This document shows positions 9,903 through 19,569 of a stretch of DNA of 64,000 nucleotides, piece after piece (position 1 is the first letter of the stretch; each line of letters starts with the position of its first letter). A program made the translations under genes and the position numbers. The stretch comes from an uncultured bacterium (GTDB lineage: Bacteria > Acidobacteriota > HRBIN11 > JAKEFK01): NCBI GenBank assembly GCA_963777505.1, contig CAVZQN010000003.1, positions 480,001 to 544,000 on the forward strand, read 5' to 3'. Under the pieces are notes generated by a model. That model did no database searches. It saw nothing but the letters and a program-made list of their open reading frames with translations, and was not told the DNA's origin.

Positions 9903-10667
9903 TTACGATTTCCAACGCTGAGATTGCAACACGATTCCAGTTACGAATAATGCAAAGAATGCGAATGATACGTAATACACAACGTCATTGAGGTTGAGGA
10001 TTCCTTTTGTGAAATCATCAAACCTTTGATAAATCGAAACATATTGAGCAAGTTTGCCGTACCATGCTTCACTGCGTGAAATCCAATTGACAATCCAGAA
10101 GATTATTAAAAAAGCAAAGGCCAGAACGACAGCGATAACCTGGCTTTGAGTAACTGATGAAGTGAACAGTCCGACCGCAAGAAATGCCGCTCCAATTAAA
10201 AACAATCCTAAAAATCCGGTAAGAATCGGGCCAAGGTCAGGATGACCACCAAATAGAAACAAGATCGTTGGATAAATTGCCAGCAAAACCAGAATGATCA
10301 AAACTACACTGATTACGCCAAGATACTTTCCTAACACCAGCTGTGTGATTGAAACCGGTGAAGTCATCAATAATTCGTAAGTGCCTTGCTTCTTTTCTTC
10401 GGCGAATAACCTCATGGTCAGCATCGGTAGAAAGATCAGGAAAAAGAAGGCAGCATTTGCAAAAAACGGCCGCATAATTGCTTGCGATAGTTCCTGTCCT
10501 TCACCACCATATTGTCCGGCCATCGCAGATTGCTGAACATAAAGTTGCAGATAGATATAAAAGAAGACTCCGGATATCAAAAGCAATAAAGCGATAACCA
10601 CATACGCAATAGGTGATGCAAAATATTGCTCCAGCTCTTTGCGTGTAATCGCAAGGACCGTTCTCAT
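9903..10667 (-). CDS. GldF-like ABC-2 permease
   Basis: KELEQYFASPIAY, PMLTMRLFAEEKKQGTYELLMTSP, VLGKY. Confidence 0.92.
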   Translation of the reverse strand: MRTVLAITRKELEQYFASPIAYVVIALLLLISGVFFYIYLQLYVQQSAMAGQYGGEGQELSQAIMRPFFANAAFFFLIFLPMLTMRLFAEEKKQGTYELLMTSPVSITQLVLGKYLGVISVVLIILVLLAIYPTILFLFGGHPDLGPILTGFLGLFLIGAAFLAVGLFTSSVTQSQVIAVVLAFAFLIIFWIVNWISRSEAWYGKLAQYVSIYQRFDDFTKGILNLNDVVYYVSFAFFALFVTGIVLQSQRWKS

Positions 10668-10701
10668 CTACTTCTCCAAAATTTTTCTTTTTTCTGAGTG
10701 A

Positions 10702-11637
10702 TTATTTTGTCGTAGGAATCTGTTCCGCAGTTGTTAATTGCACGAATACATCTTCAAGCGTAAATGCGACTGGAACGAGTTCCAGAAGACCTGCTTTTTT
10801 GCCCACAATGAAATCCGAAATATCCTCACGAATATCCCGATCCTTCTCCGTTTCGATCGTGTAGGTTCCATCTTCGGACTTTACGTCGACAACACCATCG
10901 AGTTTCTTCAGTTGTTCTTGCAATTCATCAGATGGACGCTTTACTCGAATGCTGTACAGATTTGCGCCTCGAAGTGACATCGAAAGTTTTTCAGGCGAAT
11001 CGATCGCAATAATTTTTCCTTTATTGATGATCACGACTCGCGCGCAGGTTTGCTCAACCTCAGGAAGAATATGACTGCTCAAAATCACTGTATGTGCTCC
11101 GGCAAGATCTTTAATCAATTGCCGTATTTCGATAATTTGCGCAGGATCAAGACCAATCGTGGGTTCATCAAGAATTAAAACCTCAGGGTCATGAATAAGC
11201 GCTTGAGCAAGGCCGACGCGTTGTCTGTAACCGCGGGAAAGATGGCCGATCAATCGTTTATGGACCGATTCTAACGCGCATTTTTGAATCACAACATCGA
11301 TTCGTTCCTTTTCCTTCGCCGCAGGAACTCCTTTTATTTTTGAAATGAATCTCAAAAAAGAAGAGACTGTCATATCGCCATAAACTGGAGGATTCTCAGG
11401 CATGTATCCAATACGCTGCCGTACTTCTTTCGATTGATTCAAAACATCAAAGCCTGCAACCCTTGCAGTTCCTGAAGTTGGAGGAAGGAAACCTGTCAGA
11501 ATACGCATTGTCGTGGTTTTCCCTGCTCCATTTGGGCCAAGAAAACCAAGAATTTCCCCTTTCTCAACAGTAAAACTGACGTCTGTTATGGCCGGAGTAT
11601 TGTCGTAAACCTTTGTCAGGTTAATTGCTTCAATCAT
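10702..11637 (-). CDS. GldA-like ABC transporter ATP-binding protein
   Basis: Walker A GPNGAGKTT, LSRGYRQR, ILDEPTIGLDP, SSH. Confidence 0.95.
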   Translation of the reverse strand: MIEAINLTKVYDNTPAITDVSFTVEKGEILGFLGPNGAGKTTTMRILTGFLPPTSGTARVAGFDVLNQSKEVRQRIGYMPENPPVYGDMTVSSFLRFISKIKGVPAAKEKERIDVVIQKCALESVHKRLIGHLSRGYRQRVGLAQALIHDPEVLILDEPTIGLDPAQIIEIRQLIKDLAGAHTVILSSHILPEVEQTCARVVIINKGKIIAIDSPEKLSMSLRGANLYSIRVKRPSDELQEQLKKLDGVVDVKSEDGTYTIETEKDRDIREDISDFIVGKKAGLLELVPVAFTLEDVFVQLTTAEQIPTTK

Positions 11638-11694
11638 GTGAATGAATTTAGACTATTGATTTGCGGATTTAGCCGTCTTGTCTTTCGAACGCGT

Positions 11695-11724
11695 ATTATA
11701 CGGACTTCTGAACGTTTCGGTCAA
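11695..11724 (-). promoter_or_regulatory. Sigma70-type promoter for ABC/hem transcription unit
   Basis: TTGACC-18 bp-TATAAT on minus strand, 57 bp upstream of the ATG. Confidence 0.6.
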
Positions 11725-11768
11725 GCTGCGTTTCTAAAACCTTGATCTAAGGTAAACTGACTTCCATC

Positions 11769-12935
11769 ATGCCACAAAAACCTGATACGCGTGCTGTTCA
11801 TACAAAGGTGGTCAATCCTGATAACGATCCGCTAACGCTTCCCATTTATCAGACAAGTACATACAGCTTTAAAACGCCTCAGGATCTAGAGCAATATCTT
11901 GATGGTGATGAAGGAAAATATCTTTACACACGATACGAAAACCCGACCTTACGCGCAGTAGAACAAAAAATAGCGGAATTAGAATTTGGTGATTCTTGTT
12001 TTGTCTTTTCATCAGGAATGGCCGCAATTACATCTTCGTTGATGGGATTCTTAAAAGCAGGAGACGAAGTATTAGCATCCAACTCGCTTTACGGCCGCAC
12101 GCAATTTTTCATGGAACGATGGCTTCCAAGGTTTGGAGTTCAAACAAAATTGATTCCTGTTAAAGAATTTCCAAACATCGATTCTTATTTCAGTTCCAAT
12201 ACAAAAATTGTTTACATTGAAACTCCGACAAATCCAACGCTTCAAATTATCGATATTAAGGCGACTGCTCAGATAGCCCACAAGCATGGCGCATTGCTCT
12301 TCATCGATAACACTTTTGCTTCACCTGTCAATCAAAATCCAATTCAGCTCGGTGCTGATGTTGTGTTGCACAGTCTTACGAAGTACATCGCCGGCCATTC
12401 CGATGTGATTGCAGGTGCTGCGATCTTTGGAAAGCCTCAATATGAAGAAATTAAAGAAGCGATTCGAACTTTTGGCGGCATTCTCGATCCAATTGCCGCA
12501 TATCTTGTAGAACGCGGCATAAAGACGATGTTTGTCCGCGTAGAGCGGCAAAATCAAACAGCATCACAACTTGCAAACCATCTTTCGCAATATCGGAGCA
12601 TAAAGAAAATCCATTATCCGGGATTGTCGAGTCATCCTGGTCATGATGTTGCAGCAAGCCAGATGCGCGGTTTTGGCGGAATGTTGTCTTTTGAGCTGGC
12701 GACCGCCGATGAGGCTCGCCGTTTCTTATCGAAACTTCGGATCTTTCGTCATGGCGCAAGTCTTGGCGGTGTTGAGAGTCTCGTCAGCCTTCCTGTATTA
12801 ACCTCCCACTACAAACAGCCTCCAGAAAACCTGAAAGCAGCCGGGATAGGAGAAGGAACCATCAGACTATCTGTTGGAATTGAACACCCGGAAGATCTTA
12901 TAACCGACATTAGTCAGGCGTTAACCGGACTGTAA
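11769..12935 (+). CDS. PLP-dependent trans-sulfuration enzyme (cystathionine gamma-synthase/methionine gamma-lyase family)
   Basis: PIYQTSTY, YTRYENPT, SSGMAAI, ETPTNP, DNTFASP, HSLTKYIAGHSD, SLGGVESL, RLSVGIE. Confidence 0.93.
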   Translation: MPQKPDTRAVHTKVVNPDNDPLTLPIYQTSTYSFKTPQDLEQYLDGDEGKYLYTRYENPTLRAVEQKIAELEFGDSCFVFSSGMAAITSSLMGFLKAGDEVLASNSLYGRTQFFMERWLPRFGVQTKLIPVKEFPNIDSYFSSNTKIVYIETPTNPTLQIIDIKATAQIAHKHGALLFIDNTFASPVNQNPIQLGADVVLHSLTKYIAGHSDVIAGAAIFGKPQYEEIKEAIRTFGGILDPIAAYLVERGIKTMFVRVERQNQTASQLANHLSQYRSIKKIHYPGLSSHPGHDVAASQMRGFGGMLSFELATADEARRFLSKLRIFRHGASLGGVESLVSLPVLTSHYKQPPENLKAAGIGEGTIRLSVGIEHPEDLITDISQALTGL

Positions 12936-13014
12936 AACAGCCGCAAAAACCAAAAATCAAGACTCGTACTGAAAACACTCCCTCGAAAGGTCTTAAGTCT
13001 TGAGAAATGATTGT

Positions 13015-13043
13015 TTTACAACCGAGGAGCGGTTTGTTACAAT
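13015..13043 (+). promoter_or_regulatory. Sigma70-type promoter for ctpA
   Basis: TTTACA-17 bp-TACAAT with TG extension; the identical 13-mer GGTTTGTTACAAT also precedes rng at 25261. Confidence 0.55.
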
Positions 13044-13123
13044 CGTGTAGATTTAAGTGCCCGTACTGGTTATATTTAGCTTTGGATCTTACAAGATCTA
13101 ATGGTTGAAGGAGTCTTTGTTTT

Positions 13124-14749
13124 ATGAGGCATAAGCTTTTTGTCGTTAGTGTTTTCATTGTATTGATTAGCTCAACAATCGGGGGCATGGTCGCCAGCAA
13201 AGTATTGACTAATGAGCAAATCAAAGAAGAGCAGATGAAGGATTTTACAGCGGTGCTTGACACCGTTGAAAATAATTATGTGGAAAGGATACCAACTCAA
13301 AAAGTTATTGCCGGCGGCATTAACGGCCTGCTCCACTCCCTCGATCCGCATTCTAATTTCTTAGATGAAGAAGCTTACGCCTCACTTCAGGAAGAACAAC
13401 ATGGTTCTTTTTACGGATTAGGAATTACAATCCAAAGCATCAATGGAATCCTTACGGTAATTTCTCCGATTGAAGGTACACCTGCATTCAAAGCGGGACT
13501 TCGCGCAGGAGATGTGATTTCCGAAATCGAAGGTGACCCTACAAAAGGCAAACCGACAAGCATTCTCTTAAAGAAACTTAGGGGACCAAAGGGAACAAAA
13601 GTCACAATTACAGTAGAACGTGAAGGATTTCCCGAACCGGTACATTTTACTCTTGTGCGTGACGAAATACCGGTGAATTCCATCAGCTATTCATTTATGG
13701 TACGGCCTACAACAGGTTACGTCCGGATTAAGAATTTTACCGAAACGACATCTCGCGAATTAGAACAATCGTTGCGCAAACTAAAAGATCAAGGAATGAA
13801 GTCATTGATTGTTGATTTGCGTTTTAATACCGGTGGATTGCTTGATCAAGCTATCAAAGTTTCAGATGAATTTTTAGAAAAAGGTTCGATTGTCGTTTCC
13901 ACGAAAGGGCGAATCAATGAAGCGAATACAACTTATCGATGCCCTGATACAAACGATTATGAAAGTATTCCGTTGCTTATTCTTGTGAATCGCAGCAGCG
14001 CGAGTGCTTCGGAGATTGTGGCAGGAGCAATCCAGGATCACGATCGCGGCATTATCGTAGGAAACACAACATGGGGCAAAGGCCTTGTCCAGAGCCTTTA
14101 TAGACTAAGTGCCAATACCGCTCTGGCACTGACAACGGCTCGTTATTACACCCCTAGCGGCCGATTGATTCAGCGTGACTACACTCGTTCAATGTATGAC
14201 TACTACTATACCGACATTGGTGTCGATGAAGATGAGGCAACAAGAGAAAAAGCATTTACAACTACAGGACGCGAAGTATTCGGCGGCGGCGGAATTACTC
14301 CTGATGTAAAAGTTGAATCCATTCAGCAATCAAAATTTATGGATCTGCTGAACAGTGAATATGCGTTTTTCAATTTTGCAAAACGTTTCACATCTTCAGA
14401 CGAACGCAAACTTCAATCAGCAGATGCTGCTGGCACGGCGCCAGTCAACTTGCAGGTAATTGATAAAAATTTCAAGGTTGATGAAGAAGTCATTGCCAAC
14501 TTTAAGGAATACTTACAGAAAAATAAAATCGGATTTACAGATAAAGATGTAGAGGAAAATCTACCTCAAATTAAGGCTCAAATCCGGCAAGAAGTTTTTA
14601 GCGCAATTTGGGGCTCAGAAGAGGGATATAAAATCGCGTCTGATCAAGATCCTCAGGTTTTGAAAGCATTGGAGCTTTTACCAAGAGCAGAAGCTCTTTT
14701 GAAGACAAGAAAGGAGAAGCTTGCCAACGCGATGAATACAAATAAATAA
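13124..14749 (+). CDS. ctpA: Carboxyl-terminal processing protease (S41A, PDZ)
   Basis: LDPHS, GLGI PDZ loop, DLRFNTGG, SASASEIVAGAIQD, TWGKGLVQ, ARYYTPSGR. Confidence 0.95.
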   Translation: MRHKLFVVSVFIVLISSTIGGMVASKVLTNEQIKEEQMKDFTAVLDTVENNYVERIPTQKVIAGGINGLLHSLDPHSNFLDEEAYASLQEEQHGSFYGLGITIQSINGILTVISPIEGTPAFKAGLRAGDVISEIEGDPTKGKPTSILLKKLRGPKGTKVTITVEREGFPEPVHFTLVRDEIPVNSISYSFMVRPTTGYVRIKNFTETTSRELEQSLRKLKDQGMKSLIVDLRFNTGGLLDQAIKVSDEFLEKGSIVVSTKGRINEANTTYRCPDTNDYESIPLLILVNRSSASASEIVAGAIQDHDRGIIVGNTTWGKGLVQSLYRLSANTALALTTARYYTPSGRLIQRDYTRSMYDYYYTDIGVDEDEATREKAFTTTGREVFGGGGITPDVKVESIQQSKFMDLLNSEYAFFNFAKRFTSSDERKLQSADAAGTAPVNLQVIDKNFKVDEEVIANFKEYLQKNKIGFTDKDVEENLPQIKAQIRQEVFSAIWGSEEGYKIASDQDPQVLKALELLPRAEALLKTRKEKLANAMNTNK

Positions 14750-14750
14750 G

Positions 14751-15992
14751 ATGGCTCGATCAAATTTTGAAATCGAATGGCAAACCATCTCCGTTCGGAC
14801 AATCAAGATCATCATTTTCCTTTTTATAGCTGCAATCGTCGGACTCGTTTATTGGTTTTTGTTACGTAATCGAGCTGATACCGATACGGGCGATGCGGTT
14901 GTAGTGTCTGAAAGTGCTGCACGTTTTATCGATTATGAAGGTAAGGTTGAACTCAAACCTAAGGATGAATTCGTGTGGAAGCCTGCAAGTTTCAAGATGG
15001 ATCTTCGAGAAGGTGACCGGATCAGAACTGCGCCGGATTCTCTTGCCAAAATAAAATTCGATGACGGCACTGAAATTACAGTCCAATCCGATTCAATTGT
15101 AGTGATCAGTAAACAGACTTCTGTCAATCGTCAGGAAGAATCGCCGTTGATGGTTATCGAAATCGGAGAAAGCGATATTAATGCCGGTCAATCGGCATCG
15201 GCTCCTTCACTATCAACTGCAAAAATTTCGCGCTTTAAATTGGCTCCGGGATCCACTGGTAGTGTCAGAGCTGATGATCAAACGGGCGAACATTCCAGCA
15301 CAATCAATAAAGGTTATGGTGAAGTTACGACCGCCCGTGGTGAATCAACTCGCTTGAACGATCTTGAACAATTCAAAGTCGATAAAGATTTTGTAACAAG
15401 TAAAGTAAAACTGCCATATACACCACCATTACTTTCGCCTCAAAATGGACAAATTTTTGATTTTCTCAGCGAACAAGGCCTGACTCTTGAACTACGATGG
15501 CGCGACGTTTCCAATGCATCTCGTTATCACGTTCAGATTTCTGAACATCCTTTGTTTGGTAAACTTTCTGCTGAAAACGCGAACCTTACAAAAAGCCAGA
15601 TCTCTATTAAGATTCCAAAAAGCAACAAGAAACAATATTTCTGGCGAGTTCGATCAATTGATAAAGACGGCAATAAGAGTCCCTGGAGTACTGCACATCA
15701 ATTCGTTGTGCAATCAACCGTAACGTCTCAGGCTGTCCGCAGCATGGATAAGGTTCCGCCGGCGTTACAAATTACCTATATGCATCCTTTCCTTCCTTTT
15801 GTTCAGGTGGAAGGTAAGACAGAGCCTGATGCTTTTCTGACATTGAATGGGCAAATCATCGATGTTAAAGAAGACGGCTCATTCGTTTATACATATACAC
15901 TTCAACAATCGGGCTGGAATGATTTGCTTTTTGTGGCTGAAGATCCGGCAGGAAATAAGAGCAAGGAAGCCAAACGCGTAGAATACCGATAG
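14751..15992 (+). CDS. Membrane-anchored FecR-domain protein with FN3 and Ig-like domains
   Basis: N-terminal TM; LREGDRIRT...KIKFDDGT (FecR-like); YFWRVRSID...SPWS (FN3); GKTEP...AEDPAGN (Ig). Confidence 0.75.
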   Translation: MARSNFEIEWQTISVRTIKIIIFLFIAAIVGLVYWFLLRNRADTDTGDAVVVSESAARFIDYEGKVELKPKDEFVWKPASFKMDLREGDRIRTAPDSLAKIKFDDGTEITVQSDSIVVISKQTSVNRQEESPLMVIEIGESDINAGQSASAPSLSTAKISRFKLAPGSTGSVRADDQTGEHSSTINKGYGEVTTARGESTRLNDLEQFKVDKDFVTSKVKLPYTPPLLSPQNGQIFDFLSEQGLTLELRWRDVSNASRYHVQISEHPLFGKLSAENANLTKSQISIKIPKSNKKQYFWRVRSIDKDGNKSPWSTAHQFVVQSTVTSQAVRSMDKVPPALQITYMHPFLPFVQVEGKTEPDAFLTLNGQIIDVKEDGSFVYTYTLQQSGWNDLLFVAEDPAGNKSKEAKRVEYR

Positions 15993-16047
15993 TTTCGCCA
16001 CCTGTGTTGAGTGAAATCTGGATTGGGGAGCCTTCCGATAACTGGAG

Positions 16048-17139
16048 ATGACAGAACATCTGAAAATATCAGCTGCACGTAAGTTCGAATACGAACGTGT
16101 CAAAAAGACTAACGGACTTACTGAGTCAGAAAAGTATCACATTCTGCTTCAAATCATCAAAACTGCAAATGACAAGCTTGATCCCTCCAGTGTAATGCGG
16201 ATTATTATGGATAATATTCAGAAATTAATACCCTGCGAGGCATGGTCAATTCTTGTTTTGACTTCCGAAGGGCAGGAGCTTGAATTCGAACGTGCGCGCG
16301 GACAAGCTGCCGGTGTTCTTACGCGATCAAAGTTAAAAGTTGGAGAGGGAATCGCGGGCTGGGTTGCACAACATCAAAAACCGCTCCTTGTAAATCGTGC
16401 CCAGGAAGATCGACGCTTTAACAATAACTTCGATAAGAAAACAAAGTTTCATACGCGATCGATTCTTTGCGCACCTTTAATCAGCCGGAATCGTCTCCTG
16501 GGTGTTGTAGAACTAATCAACAAAAAATCAAAAGATGCCAGTTTTATTCAGTCAGATCTGAAAACATTATCAACACTCTTAGGACCGATCTCAGTTTCAT
16601 TGCATAATGCGCTTTTGTATCGGGAGGCTCAAACATTAACATTGACAGATGATCTGACGCGCTTGTATAACAGCCGTTACGTTTTTCAATGGATGGCAGG
16701 TCTCATTCACCGATTCAAAAAAGCAAAAAAACCATTTAGCATTATTTTTCTGGATTTAGATGGATTCAAATCAGTTAATGACAGCTATGGTCACCTTGTC
16801 GGCGGACGGACACTTGTTGAGATTGGGAAGATCATTGCAAAGAGCGTGCGTAAAAAGGACAAAGTTGCACGTTATGGTGGAGATGAGTTTGTAGTGATGA
16901 TTCCAGGAGCCGGAGAATCTGAGGCAATGGGTATTGCCGAAAAAGTTCGAATGTCGATACAACATTATGATTTTCAATCCGCATTACAAAAGGAAATTCA
17001 TTTATCAGCAAGTTTTGGTGTTGCTGTTTTTCCTGAACATGGCGATTCTGTAACAGAACTTATACAAAAAGCTGATCAAGCTATGTACCGCGTAAAATAT
17101 TCCGGCAAAAATGCGGTACAAATGGCAATATCAACATAG
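16048..17139 (+). CDS. GAF-GGDEF diguanylate cyclase
   Basis: GAF (GEGIAGWVA, TRSILCAPL), DLDGFKSVND, RKKD I-site, intact GGDEF. Confidence 0.95.
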   Translation: MTEHLKISAARKFEYERVKKTNGLTESEKYHILLQIIKTANDKLDPSSVMRIIMDNIQKLIPCEAWSILVLTSEGQELEFERARGQAAGVLTRSKLKVGEGIAGWVAQHQKPLLVNRAQEDRRFNNNFDKKTKFHTRSILCAPLISRNRLLGVVELINKKSKDASFIQSDLKTLSTLLGPISVSLHNALLYREAQTLTLTDDLTRLYNSRYVFQWMAGLIHRFKKAKKPFSIIFLDLDGFKSVNDSYGHLVGGRTLVEIGKIIAKSVRKKDKVARYGGDEFVVMIPGAGESEAMGIAEKVRMSIQHYDFQSALQKEIHLSASFGVAVFPEHGDSVTELIQKADQAMYRVKYSGKNAVQMAIST

Positions 17140-17151
17140 GAAGGAGATTGA

Positions 17152-18174
17152 ATGGGCATTGGTTCAATTTTTAGATTTTTTTCAAGTGATCTTGCAATTG
17201 ATTTGGGGACTGCAAATACGCTTGTTCTGGCGAAAAATAAAGGTGTTGTAGTTCATGAGCCTTCGATTGTTGCGATTAACAAGATAACGGGTAAAGTAGA
17301 GGCCGTAGGCAGGGAAGCGAAAGAAATGGTCGGCCGTACGCCTGGAAATATTGTTGCGATTCGTCCAATGAAGGACGGTGTTATCGCTGATTTTGAAAGC
17401 ACTGAAAAAATGCTCGACTATTTCATAAAGAAAGCACACAACCGCAATATGTGGGTCCGGCCTCGCATTGTGATTGGAGTTCCTTCCGAAATCACACAGG
17501 TCGAAAAGCGCGCAGTCCGCGATGCAGCGTATCGTGCACGTGCAACGGAAGTTTATCTTGTTGAAGAAGCGATGGCGGCTGCAATTGGTGCCGGACTTCC
17601 GATCACTGAGCCAAGTGGAAATATGATCGTAGATATTGGTGGCGGCACAACTGATGTTGCAGTTATTTCTCTCGCAGGCATCGTATACAGCCGTTCGGTT
17701 CGAGTTGCTGGCAATGAAATGGACGAAGCAATCATTGCGTACATAAAAAAGAAGTACAACCTTTTGATCGGAGAACGTACCGCAGAACAAGTAAAAATTG
17801 AATTAGGTTCAGCATTTGCTATGGATGAAGAAATATCCATGGAAATCAAAGGCCGGAATTTAATGGAAGGTGTGCCTAAAACAATTGTTATTACTGATGC
17901 TGAAATCCGCGAAGCATTAAGTGATACAGTCGCGATTATAGTCAATACAGTTCATGAAGCTTTAGAAAAAACACCGCCGGAACTTTCGGCAGATATTCTG
18001 GATCGTGGAATCGTTTTGACAGGCGGGGGAGCACTTCTTAAGAAATTGGATGTACGATTACGAGAAGAGACGGGTCTCCCTGTAACTGTTGCAGAACAGC
18101 CATTGTACTCCGTTGTTTTAGGGGCAGGTAAAATGCTGGACAACATTGAGCTGCTTCGAAAAGTGACTTTGTAG
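17152..18174 (+). CDS. mreB: Rod shape-determining protein MreB
   Basis: IDLGTANT, DIGGGTT, LTGGGALL. Confidence 0.98.
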   Translation: MGIGSIFRFFSSDLAIDLGTANTLVLAKNKGVVVHEPSIVAINKITGKVEAVGREAKEMVGRTPGNIVAIRPMKDGVIADFESTEKMLDYFIKKAHNRNMWVRPRIVIGVPSEITQVEKRAVRDAAYRARATEVYLVEEAMAAAIGAGLPITEPSGNMIVDIGGGTTDVAVISLAGIVYSRSVRVAGNEMDEAIIAYIKKKYNLLIGERTAEQVKIELGSAFAMDEEISMEIKGRNLMEGVPKTIVITDAEIREALSDTVAIIVNTVHEALEKTPPELSADILDRGIVLTGGGALLKKLDVRLREETGLPVTVAEQPLYSVVLGAGKMLDNIELLRKVTL

Positions 18175-18186
18175 GCACTAATAATT

Positions 18187-18207
18187 GGGGCGGGTCCTAA
18201 GACCTGC
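18187..18207 (+). repeat. Degenerate GTAGGGGCG-type REP-like copy
   Basis: GGGGCGGGTCCTAAGACCTGC between mreB and mreC. Confidence 0.6.
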
Positions 18208-18250
18208 TAATAGTTCTTTCATGATCTTCGTGGTTAGTAATACATAGGAT

Positions 18251-19093
18251 ATGGCAGGCGTTGGTTTGACTTTACAAAAGCCAATCACAATTTTTATTGC
18301 TGCCCTTCTTGCTCTGTTGATCCTGATGTCCTATCAGGTGAAAGATGAAGCTACCGGACGAACGATGCTAGGCAATGCCATCTTCAGCATATTGTCTCCT
18401 GTTCAAATGGGGATTTCTGCAACTGTTAGAGGCGCTTGGAATACAGCGATCCACTACTTCGATCTTATCAATACAAATGCAGAGAATGTGAAGCTTGCGA
18501 AAGAAGTCTCTGAACTTAAAGTTCGCATTCAAGCAAATGCACGTGAGAAAGAAGAAAATCAACGTCTTCGAAGCATTCTAAAGTTGCAAGAAGAAGTTCC
18601 GATGAAGATGATTGTGGGAGAGGTGATTGGTGGCGCAGCGAAAGCTGGAGTTTCAACCATTGTATCGGTCAACCGTGGAACGCGAAGCGGCGTAAAGCTG
18701 CAACTTCCAGTTGTAACGCCCAACGGAGTAGTTGGGAAAACCGTCGATGCATCCCTGATCACATCTAAAATACAACTGATTTCCGATCCATCTTTTTCAA
18801 TGGGAGCGATGCTTGAACGAAGCGGCAGCGCAGGCATTCTATCCGGAAATGGAGAAATCTGCATTTTGGAATTTCTTCCGCTTTCCTCAGATGTTAAACC
18901 TGAGGATCCCGTTATTTCTTCGGGACAGGATGGAATTTTTCCGGAAGGATATCCGATAGGACGCGTAAGCCGAATCATCAAGTCCCAATTATCGTTAAGT
19001 GCGGAAGTGACTCCTTATCAAAATCTTGCGTCATTAAAGGAAATCGTCATTTTACTTGAAACAACCAATCAACAGTCCGGACAATCGAAGTGA
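18251..19093 (+). CDS. mreC: Rod shape-determining protein MreC
   Basis: ENQRLR coiled coil, NRG..SGV, GVVG, SSGQDGIFPEGYPIG; synteny. Confidence 0.95.
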   Translation: MAGVGLTLQKPITIFIAALLALLILMSYQVKDEATGRTMLGNAIFSILSPVQMGISATVRGAWNTAIHYFDLINTNAENVKLAKEVSELKVRIQANAREKEENQRLRSILKLQEEVPMKMIVGEVIGGAAKAGVSTIVSVNRGTRSGVKLQLPVVTPNGVVGKTVDASLITSKIQLISDPSFSMGAMLERSGSAGILSGNGEICILEFLPLSSDVKPEDPVISSGQDGIFPEGYPIGRVSRIIKSQLSLSAEVTPYQNLASLKEIVILLETTNQQSGQSK

Positions 19094-19569
19094 ATCTTCT
19101 AAAAGTCTTGCTCGTTTTCGTTATCGTTCTCGTACTTCAAACAATGGTAATAAGCCGGGTTCGATATCTGGAGTTATTAGATCTTTTCTTGCTGATGAAT
19201 ATTTATTTTGCTTTGAATTTCAATCAAATGATTAGCATGGGAATTTCAATTCCCAGCGGTTTAGTTCAGGATGCTTTCCTAAAAGGTGTGATTGGTATTA
19301 ACGCTTTTTCAAAAACGATCATCGTTTTTCTTATCAGCGGGCTGAGTCAACGGGTTATGTTGAAACATCCATTTGCAGTCATGTTATTGATTTCGATTTC
19401 TGCTGCGCTGGACTATTACATAATTTTTGGATTGCACATCTTATTTGGTATGAAGCCATTTAAGCTCACCTGGCAAATGATTTTGATTGCATCGATTCTC
19501 AATGGAGTCATAGGTGCGATAGCATATCAAATGGTAGATCGTTTCCGGATGAAGAGGCAATATGCCTAA
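19090..19569 (+). CDS. mreD: Rod shape-determining protein MreD
   Basis: Hydrophobic 159 aa, GLVQD...GINAFSKT; between mreC and mrdA. Confidence 0.9.
   Translation: MNLLKVLLVFVIVLVLQTMVISRVRYLELLDLFLLMNIYFALNFNQMISMGISIPSGLVQDAFLKGVIGINAFSKTIIVFLISGLSQRVMLKHPFAVMLLISISAALDYYIIFGLHILFGMKPFKLTWQMILIASILNGVIGAIAYQMVDRFRMKRQYA

Noticed and set aside
17182-17790. 202-aa antisense ORF inside mreB (also 1750-2361, 38897-39454, 52283-52825 and similar)
   Set aside because: Shadow ORFs opposite well-conserved genes with no recognisable motifs.
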